This document shows positions 56,799-62,544 of a stretch of DNA of 62,544 nucleotides, in pieces; positions within the stretch are counted from its first letter, which is position 1; the number at the start of each line of letters is the position of its first letter. This DNA comes from Pseudomonadota bacterium. Lineage in GTDB: Bacteria; Myxococcota_A; UBA9042. The notes beneath the pieces are model-generated. The model ran no database searches. It saw only the letters and a list, made by a program, of their open reading frames with translations, and was not told the DNA's origin. Made by a program: the position numbers and the translations under genes. The stretch is from contig JBEARB010000052.1 in assembly GCA_041163625.1 (NCBI GenBank), forward strand, positions 1 through 62,544, given 5' to 3'.

Positions 56799-58022
56799 CT
56801 ACGCCAGACGCCGGCGGAAGAGCAGGGCACCGAGCGCGAGCAGGACCAGCGCGAGGCCGTTGCCGCCCGCGACCGGCGAGGCGGTGCAGCCGGCCGAACC
56901 CGCGCCGCCGCTGGTCCCGCCGCCGCTGGTCGCGCCGTCGTCGGCGTTGCCCGCGGTGTTGCTGGTGCCGCCGCCGCCGCCGCCACCGGTCTCCTGGTTG
57001 GCCTCGCCGCCTGCCTTGCTGTCGCCGCCGCTGTCGCTACCGCTCATCCCGCCGAAGCCGGCCATCGCGATCTCGAGTTTGTCTTCCTGGGCGTTGACGG
57101 CTTTCTCGGCAGCCTCGGACTGCGTGGCGCAGTTCTTCTCGATGGCCTCGCAGCCGCCGGCCTTGTTGGCCTCGACGCAGGTGCCGAGCGCCTTCATCTC
57201 GTTCTGCGCGATGCCTTCGAGCTCGAGCACCGAGCACATCATCAGGCAGGCTTCCTGGTCGCTCGCGCCGTCTTCCTTGCCGTCGTCGACCGGGACCTCG
57301 CCGCCGGGGTCGGTCGCGCCGCCGCCATCGGCCTCGTCGTCGGTGCCGCCCGAGGAGCCGCCGTCGCTGGGGATCGGGGCGCCGCTGCTGCCGCCGTCGG
57401 GGGCGTCGTCCGAGCCGCCGCCACTGCCGGAGCTGCCGGAGCTGCCGCCACCAGAGCTGCTCCCGCCATCGGCGTCCGGTGCCGGCAAAGGCTCGGTCGA
57501 CTGCGGTGGCTCGCTGCTACCGCTCGAGGTGTCGCCGAGGTCACACGTCGCAGCCGCATTGCAAAGCGCTTGGCATGCCGCAGTCGGCTTCACCTTCTCG
57601 AACTTGACCACGCAGATACCGACGTCGGTCGGGCAGGGCGGCGAGTTCGAAGTCGCGTCCTCGGGCATCGCACCGCTGCTTCCCGAGCCGCCGTCGTCAC
57701 CCGGTGCCGGGGCCTCGCCGCCGCCGCTCCCGGATTCGCCCTCCTTCGGGGCGTCGGTGCTGGTGCCGGTGCCGGTGCTGCCGCTCGTCGCGGTGCCGCT
57801 GCCGCCCGACGCCCAGCCCCCATGCGGGCAGGTCATGTCGCACGCCTGGTGCGCCGCGCAATCCGCGTCGGATTTGCACTGCGCCGTCTTCGGCAGGCAG
57901 TAGCCGCCGTGGCAGGTCTCGGTGCTCGCGCAGGCGGCGGCGTCGGTGCACATCTGCAGGGCAAAGGCGCTCGGGGATCCGAGCGTGATGGCGAGCAAGC
58001 TCGCGAGGGTCCAGGTCCGCAT
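56799..58022 (-). CDS. secreted Cys-rich, Gly/Ser/Asp-rich protein with C-terminal MYXO-CTERM-type sorting signal
   Basis: Start set at ATG 58022 (GGGAGGA RBS). Signal peptide MRTWTLASLLAITLGSPSAFA. C-terminus GSAGCTASPVAGGNGLALVLLALGALLFRRRLA (Cys, glycine-rich stretch, hydrophobic helix, RRR). Confidence 0.8.
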   Translation of the reverse strand: MRTWTLASLLAITLGSPSAFALQMCTDAAACASTETCHGGYCLPKTAQCKSDADCAAHQACDMTCPHGGWASGGSGTATSGSTGTGTSTDAPKEGESGSGGGEAPAPGDDGGSGSSGAMPEDATSNSPPCPTDVGICVVKFEKVKPTAACQALCNAAATCDLGDTSSGSSEPPQSTEPLPAPDADGGSSSGGGSSGSSGSGGGSDDAPDGGSSGAPIPSDGGSSGGTDDEADGGGATDPGGEVPVDDGKEDGASDQEACLMMCSVLELEGIAQNEMKALGTCVEANKAGGCEAIEKNCATQSEAAEKAVNAQEDKLEIAMAGFGGMSGSDSGGDSKAGGEANQETGGGGGGGTSNTAGNADDGATSGGGTSGGAGSAGCTASPVAGGNGLALVLLALGALLFRRRLA

Positions 58023-58091
58023 ATCGTCCTCCCATGGGGCGGTCTCGCCGCCGAGCGCGCCGCCGAGCAGCGCTGTCACGCCCCGAGTTAG

Positions 58092-58107
58092 AGCAGTGAT
58101 CGTGCCA
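58092..58107 (-). promoter_or_regulatory. sigma-54 (-24/-12) promoter candidate TGGCACG-ATCA-CTGCT
   Basis: The minus strand reads TGGCACGATCACTGCT, against consensus TGGCACG-N4-TTGCW. The GG-N10-GC spacing is correct with one mismatch. It lies about 70 nt upstream of ATG 58022. Confidence 0.55.
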
Positions 58108-58198
58108 GCCCCGGAAGACTAGGACAAAGCGACCGACTCGAAAAGGGATTTCGCCGTCGGTCGGGGCGCGGCGTCCAACGCACGATGTGTGGATTTTC

Positions 58199-58232
58199 TC
58201 GACAACTCGGAGCGTTGTCGAAAGTTTCGACA
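58199..58232. promoter_or_regulatory. cluster of overlapping dyads (TCGACA / TGTCGA / TCGACA): candidate enhancer (UAS) for the sigma-54 promoter and/or pepA terminator
   Basis: TCGACAAC (58199-58206) and GTTGTCGA (58214-58221) are 8-bp arms with a 7-nt spacer. GTCGAAA-G-TTTCGAC spans 58217-58231. The cluster starts 2 nt after the pepA stop and lies about 95-125 nt upstream of the -24 element. Confidence 0.4.
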
Positions 58233-58233
58233 G

Positions 58234-59697
58234 CTACTCCGCGAAGGAGGCGACCACGGCGGCGATGAGGCCGGCGCCGTAGCCGGTCGCGCGGTTGTCG
58301 ATGAAGCTCGGACCGGCGAGGTCGATGTGCAGCCAGTCGAGGTCGAGGTCTTCGATGTGCGACCAGACGAAGAAGCCCGCCGCGGCGCTCTGCGCGTTCA
58401 TCCGGTCGGCGACCGAATTGCGCATATCCGCGACCTTGCTCTTGAACTCGGGGCGCATCAGCTCCGGGCTCCACAGCATCGGCAGGCAGTGGTCGCCGCT
58501 CTGCAGGCCGGCTTCGACGGCGAGGCGCTCGAGCTCGCCACGGTTGGTGACGATGCCGGCGTGGCCCTTGCCGGTCGCGATGAGCTGGGCGCCGGTCAGC
58601 GTGGCGGCGTCGATGAGCGTGGTCGGCGCGTAGGTGCGCGCGACGTAGCTGGCGGCGTCGGCGAGTGCGAGACGACCCTCGGCGTCGGTGTTGTTGATCT
58701 CGACGGTCTTGCCCGAGTGCATCTCGATGACGTCGTCGGGGCGGTAGGCGTTGGGGCCGATGGCGTTCTCGGCCATGCCGAGGCCCGCGACCACGCGCAG
58801 CGGAACACCACCGCGGGCGAGCATCAGGAAGGCACCGAGCACGGCGGCGGCACCGCCCATATCGCACTTCATCGTCAGCATGCGGTCGCCGACGATCTTC
58901 AGGCTCAGGCCGCCGGTATCGTAGACCAAGCCCTTGCCGATCAGCGCGACGGTCTCGCGGGCTTCCGGCGGGTTGTAATCCAGCACGACCAAGCGTGGCG
59001 GCTCCATCGCGGTACGGCCGACGGCGTGCAGGCCACGCAGGCCCGCGGTCAGCAGCTCGTCGCCGACGATGCTGGTCACCGTGACGTGGTCCAAGTCCTT
59101 GGCGGCGTCGCGGGCCTCGTTTTCGAAGCGCGTGGTGTCGAGCTCGGCCGGCGGCATGTCGACCAGGCGGCAGACGGTTCGGATCGTGTCCGCGGCGTAC
59201 TGCAGCGTTCCGCCGGCGTCCTGCAGGTCGGAACCGGGTGTGCGCAGCAGGACGCGCACGTCCGGCGCGTTGCTGTCGGCGGTCTTGCGGTCGTATTGCG
59301 GCATTGCGCGCGCAACGGCGGCGATGGCGGCGCGGGCAAAGCCCGGCTCGCGCAAGCCGACGATGACGCCGATGGTGCCGGGGCCGCCGAGGTTGCCCTT
59401 GAGGGCGGTGCTGACCTCGTAGCTGCCGGTCGGCGAGAGGTGCCGCGACACGCTGTCGTAGAGCGCGACGACTTTCAGGCGACGCGCGGCGCCGCCGTCG
59501 GGCAGCAGACTGCTCGTGAGCGCACCGCTGCCGGGACGCGCCTCTTCCGCGAGCCGCGCGGCGAAGCCGGCGGTGGTCGCGTCCAGGCCACGGGTGGCCC
59601 AGCCCCCGGCCAGATCGGCGGCACGCGCCACCACGACCAGGGTGTCGAGCTCGGGCAGGAGCGTCTCGAGGTTGCTGCAGAGCGTCAGCGCGGACAT
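58234..59697 (-). CDS. pepA: leucyl aminopeptidase (M17 family)
   Basis: Start set at ATG 59697 (GGAG RBS). NTDAEGRL, ..DMGGAA.., ..LTGA.. catalytic blocks. Confidence 0.85.
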   Translation of the reverse strand: MSALTLCSNLETLLPELDTLVVVARAADLAGGWATRGLDATTAGFAARLAEEARPGSGALTSSLLPDGGAARRLKVVALYDSVSRHLSPTGSYEVSTALKGNLGGPGTIGVIVGLREPGFARAAIAAVARAMPQYDRKTADSNAPDVRVLLRTPGSDLQDAGGTLQYAADTIRTVCRLVDMPPAELDTTRFENEARDAAKDLDHVTVTSIVGDELLTAGLRGLHAVGRTAMEPPRLVVLDYNPPEARETVALIGKGLVYDTGGLSLKIVGDRMLTMKCDMGGAAAVLGAFLMLARGGVPLRVVAGLGMAENAIGPNAYRPDDVIEMHSGKTVEINNTDAEGRLALADAASYVARTYAPTTLIDAATLTGAQLIATGKGHAGIVTNRGELERLAVEAGLQSGDHCLPMLWSPELMRPEFKSKVADMRNSVADRMNAQSAAAGFFVWSHIEDLDLDWLHIDLAGPSFIDNRATGYGAGLIAAVVASFAE

Positions 59698-59737
59698 GTG
59701 CACTCCAAGGCGTCGGATGGGAACGGAGGCACCAACG

Positions 59738-59766
59738 AAAAAGGCCATTCGTCGGAACGAATGGCC
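59738..59766 (-). terminator. rho-independent terminator after tRNA-Ala
   Basis: The minus strand reads GGCCATTCG-TTCCGA-CGAATGGCC followed by TTTTT: a 9-bp perfect stem, a 6-nt loop and a U-tract. Confidence 0.7.
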
Positions 59767-59831
59767 TCTTCGCGGATCCTGCCCGGCGGGTCCAGTCGGC
59801 CCCGAATGCGGCGTCCTGGCGGGCGTTTGGG

Positions 59832-59904
59832 TGGAACTGAGGGGGATCGAACCCCTGACCTCCTCATTGCGAACGAGGCGCTCTCCCAGCTGAGCTACAG
59901 TCCC
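59832..59904 (-). tRNA. tRNA-Ala (anticodon CGC)
   Basis: Hand-folded 73-nt cloverleaf. Acceptor GGGACTG/CAGTTCC with G3:U70, D arm GCTC..GAGC, anticodon loop TTCGCAA, T arm AGGGG-TTCGATC-CCCCT, discriminator A. No CCA is encoded (ACCCA follows). Confidence 0.9.
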
Positions 59905-60020
59905 ATGTTGTCACCGGCCCCGTCGAGCGGGGTAGGGCCTCTGTCTCGACCTGCGGCGAAGGCCTGACGTGTGGCGACCGGTTGCCTATCCCGACCAGAG
60001 CGCATCCGGGGGGAGTGGCG

Positions 60021-60038
60021 GACGAGGCGAACCTCGTC
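60021..60038 (-). other. 7-bp hairpin with UUCG tetraloop 3 nt after tRNA-Phe (processing or structural element in the inter-tRNA spacer)
   Basis: The minus strand reads GACGAGG-TTCG-CCTCGTC. Confidence 0.4.
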
Positions 60039-60041
60039 GGG

Positions 60042-60114
60042 TGCCCAGGGACGGAATCGAACCGCCGACACGGGGATTTTCAATCCCCTGCTCTACCAAC
60101 TGAGCTACCTGGGC
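60042..60114 (-). tRNA. tRNA-Phe (anticodon GAA)
   Basis: GCCCAGGTAGCTCAGTTGGTAGAGCAGGGGATTGAAAATCCCCGTGTCGGCGGTTCGATTCCGTCCCTGGGCA folds as a 73-nt cloverleaf. No CCA is encoded. Confidence 0.92.
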
Positions 60115-60168
60115 AGCGCCTCGCAGGCACCGTGCCGGTTGCAGTGGGTTGCCCCTCTGCGGACGCGA

Positions 60169-60196
60169 AGAATACGCAGGCGCCCGAGGGTGTCAA
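60169..60196 (-). promoter_or_regulatory. sigma-70-type promoter candidate for the tRNA-Phe/tRNA-Ala unit: TTGACA-16 nt-TATTCT
   Basis: On the minus strand, TTGACA (60191-60196), a 16-nt spacer, then TATTCT (60169-60174). This sits about 50 nt upstream of the tRNA-Phe 5' end. Confidence 0.5.
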
Positions 60197-60221
60197 CACC
60201 CCTCAGCGCGCTTTTTGGGGG

Positions 60222-62219
60222 CTACCAGACGAAGGCGATGCGCGACTGCCAAGTCCAGATGGTATCGGCGCCGACGGCGAGGCGATCCTTGAGCGCCGCG
60301 CCGGCACCCATGATCCCGAATTCGTTGCTCCACCGCATCATGTAGTTGTCGCGGCTGTCGGTCGCGCCGAGGTCGCGGCGGAGCCATTTGATCTTGATCG
60401 CGAGGTCCGCTTCCCAACCGATGCTGCAGTCGGTGTCGAACATCGAGCAGGTGTTGTTCTCGAAGGGCTCCTTGTCAAATGGGTTGGTCCAACCACCTTC
60501 CGGCGGCTTCGCACGCGGCGAGTAGTAGTCGCTGGTGAAGGCAAGGACCGAACCGCCGTTGAGGGTGTCGGCCCAGGCGAGGATGCCTTGCGCGACGAAC
60601 TCGATCTGCGTGCCCACGCCGTTGATGCGGTAGCGAACCTTCGGGTTGAGGTAGGTCGAGTTGAAGATGCCGCCGCCGCTGTTGAGCGCACCGGAGGCGC
60701 GGCCGGCGACCGTGTTGACCGTGCGGGCCCACAGCACCATCGGATACATCAGCAGGCCCATTTTGTAGTCGTCGTTGACCGGGTACATCTTGAAGATCTG
60801 GTCGCCACCGATCAGCTGCTCGTCGCCGGAGCTGTAGCCGAACTCGAGGATGCCGTCCCAAGTCGTCGCGGTCAGGCCGATGCGGCCGACGAAGTTCAGC
60901 ACATCACCTTCGAGCGTGTTGTCGGCGAGGCCGGTGGTTTCGCTGAACGAGCCGCCCGGGAGCAGCGGCAAGCCATTTGTCTTGCCTGTGATCGAGGTGA
61001 ACTCGCCCTCGGTGTAGATCGACGGGCCGGTCTTCGACAGGCCCATGCGGAAGCGCCAGAAGCCGTCGAGGATATTCATATTCGACTTGTTGAAGGCCTG
61101 CGTCCGGTTGACGTAGACCAGACCGACGAGCAGCTCGTCGGTCTTCTTGGTCAGTCGCAGGTTCTCGTCCTTCCATATCAGCGCGTAGAGCCACTGGCCG
61201 ACGTCGTTGTCGCATTTCTTGGTCGGTCCGGTGCCGGTCGGCTCGGTCGCCGTGCCACAGGTCGGGTCGGTCGAGAAGCCGAACGGGCCGCCCTGCAGGC
61301 GCGTGTCCGCCGACTTGCCTCCGCTGCCGAAGCCGAGCGGATCTTCGACCAGCCAGTCGTGGCCGACGACCACGATGAGCGGTGTCGGGGCGCGGCTGCC
61401 GTTGGTGAGCGCGTTGTAGATCGTCAGTGGTCGGGTCGCGAAGGCGACGCGGTCGAAAGTCGAGCCACCCTGCGCGTCGCCGAAGTCGTTGCGGAAGCCG
61501 TTGCCGTCGTTGAAGAGCAGGCCGAGGCCGCCCTGCGAGGCCTGACGACCGATCTTCATCAGGCCGATCGGGACCTGCACGTCCAGCCAGAGCCGACGGA
61601 TGTGGATGGCGGGGTTGTCCTTGCCGTAGATATTGGTGCCGCTCGGACCTTCGGCGAACAGCGGGACACTGCCCTGCCGGGCGTTGTCGCCCCAGACCAC
61701 GTTGTCGAGGATGTCGATCTGCGCGCCGAGCGCCACTGCGGCGACCTGCCCCTTCGCCGGGTTGCCGCCCCAGCGCAGCGTCGGATCCAGGCGCAGACGC
61801 GAGAAGACGAGGTGCATGTCCGAGGCGTCGTCGCGGCCGGTGTGCGGCTGCGAGGCCAGCGTGCCGTCGGTGTCGAGCCGCCCAACCGGGACGTTCGTCG
61901 CGCTGATGTAGCGGGCGCGGAAGTAGCCGTGGAAGTCGAAGAAGAGGTCCTTGGTCAGCCGGTAGGTGCCGAACGCGAGCTTGTCGTCGGCGTGCCGCTC
62001 CTTGTCCATCTCGGCCAGCCGCAGCTTCAGATCACGGAGCTCGCCCTCGAGCTTGCTGATCTTCTTGTGGGCCGGTGCGTCGCGCGACGGTGTCGGGGCA
62101 GCAGGCGCGGCGGCCGGAGCGGCTGCCTCTTCCGGCGGCTCGGCCGCCGTGGCGCTCGAGACGGTGATCATTGCGAGCGCGGCGGCGCCCCATCCGAAGG
62201 CGCGGACGAGAGACTTCAT
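60222..62219 (-). CDS. large outer-membrane beta-barrel protein (665 aa) with N-terminal coiled-coil segment
   Basis: ATG 62219 with AAGAGG RBS. Signal peptide GAAALAMITVSSATA. KKISKLEGELRDLKLRLAEMDKE coiled coil. C-terminal beta-signal ..WQSRIAFVW. Confidence 0.8.
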   Translation of the reverse strand: MKSLVRAFGWGAAALAMITVSSATAAEPPEEAAAPAAAPAAPTPSRDAPAHKKISKLEGELRDLKLRLAEMDKERHADDKLAFGTYRLTKDLFFDFHGYFRARYISATNVPVGRLDTDGTLASQPHTGRDDASDMHLVFSRLRLDPTLRWGGNPAKGQVAAVALGAQIDILDNVVWGDNARQGSVPLFAEGPSGTNIYGKDNPAIHIRRLWLDVQVPIGLMKIGRQASQGGLGLLFNDGNGFRNDFGDAQGGSTFDRVAFATRPLTIYNALTNGSRAPTPLIVVVGHDWLVEDPLGFGSGGKSADTRLQGGPFGFSTDPTCGTATEPTGTGPTKKCDNDVGQWLYALIWKDENLRLTKKTDELLVGLVYVNRTQAFNKSNMNILDGFWRFRMGLSKTGPSIYTEGEFTSITGKTNGLPLLPGGSFSETTGLADNTLEGDVLNFVGRIGLTATTWDGILEFGYSSGDEQLIGGDQIFKMYPVNDDYKMGLLMYPMVLWARTVNTVAGRASGALNSGGGIFNSTYLNPKVRYRINGVGTQIEFVAQGILAWADTLNGGSVLAFTSDYYSPRAKPPEGGWTNPFDKEPFENNTCSMFDTDCSIGWEADLAIKIKWLRRDLGATDSRDNYMMRWSNEFGIMGAGAALKDRLAVGADTIWTWQSRIAFVW

Positions 62220-62382
62220 GCGGACCTCTTGGCGCGGCGTGTTTCGCCGGCAGGCATCCCGCCTTGTCTCGCGCGCGAGGCGGTCGCGTCAAGCCGCAGT
62301 GCGTCATGTTGTGACAAGGGGGCCGCAAAAAGCAGCGCCGCCGCGGCAGAGCCACGGCGGCGCGCGTCGGGCACCCGATCGA

Positions 62383-62544
62383 CTAGTCGAGCGGGCCAGT
62401 GCACTTGTAGAAGGCGTCAGTGCAACCCTGCTCCTTCTGGCAATCGGTGCAGATCTTCGCGCTCGAGTCCGCGATGCACTTCGTGAGGCACTTCGTAATG
62501 GTGCACAGGACGATGTCGCCGTAGCAACCGGCGCAGGCATCCGA
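62383..62544 (-). CDS. 3' end of a Cys-rich protein gene (last 53 codons plus stop); 5' part outside window
   Basis: Not in the supplied ORF track because there is no start in the window. The minus frame from 62544 reads SDACAGCYGDIVLCTITKCLTKCIADSSAKICTDCQKEQGCTDAFYKCTGPLD-stop, with 9 Cys and mostly G/C-ending codons. The listed 78-aa ORF 62304..62540 is an R/S/A-rich off-frame product. Confidence 0.5.
   Translation of the reverse strand, partial: SDACAGCYGDIVLCTITKCLTKCIADSSAKICTDCQKEQGCTDAFYKCTGPLD

Noticed and set aside
59832-60114. tRNA genes as an integration site for a genomic island.
   Set aside because: I found no duplicated tRNA 3' segment, integrase or compositional shift on either side. 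The neighbours are pepA and a core-type barrel protein.
62304-62540. Listed 78-aa minus-strand ORF at the right edge.
   Set aside because: Its R/S/A-rich translation is typical of an off-frame reading. Another minus frame over the same bases gives a Cys-rich product with proper codon bias ending at 62383.

Overview
Very GC-rich chromosomal segment (about 70% by eye, not computed), most likely from a myxobacterium (Myxococcota). The pointers are one secreted protein ending in a MYXO-CTERM-type sorting signal, an NtrC-type sigma-54 activator, a GldA/F/G-like ABC system, and many TPR or coiled-coil proteins. I call 47 protein-coding genes (two cut by the window edges) and two tRNAs (Phe-GAA, Ala-CGC). 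I saw no rRNA, CRISPR array, transposase, integrase or prophage block. Most genes are housekeeping: dnaK plus a J-protein, prs, argG, argB, argC, guanine deaminase, cysD, cysNC, sulfite reductase, nadD, rlmN, pepA and a YggX-like gene. Everything from about 50.5 kb down to 26.2 kb is on the minus strand with short gaps. The parts worth a second look are: (1) an operon at 1.2-5.2 kb encoding a secreted glucodextranase-C-like protein, a 644-aa beta-barrel, and a protein fusing an 11-residue amphipathic repeat region to a complete phage tail-tube (gp19-like) domain, with no other injection-system genes nearby; (2) a 3216-aa all-helical TPR-like protein 51 bp upstream of argC; (3) an FHA/polyproline/coiled-coil gene followed by a PilZ gene; (4) a near-consensus sigma-54 promoter with an upstream dyad cluster in front of a Cys- and Gly/Ser-rich MYXO-CTERM protein; (5) a LeuD-LeuC fusion in permuted domain order next to a LeuB-like dehydrogenase; (6) a CysNC whose APS-kinase-like domain has a degenerate P-loop; (7) an AT-rich perfect palindrome in the long leader of the sulfite reductase gene. 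All functional calls come from motif recognition by eye on the supplied translations. No database search or computation was run. Many listed ORFs are antisense or N-terminally over-extended artefacts of the high GC content, and I re-derived start codons from RBS and codon-usage inspection.
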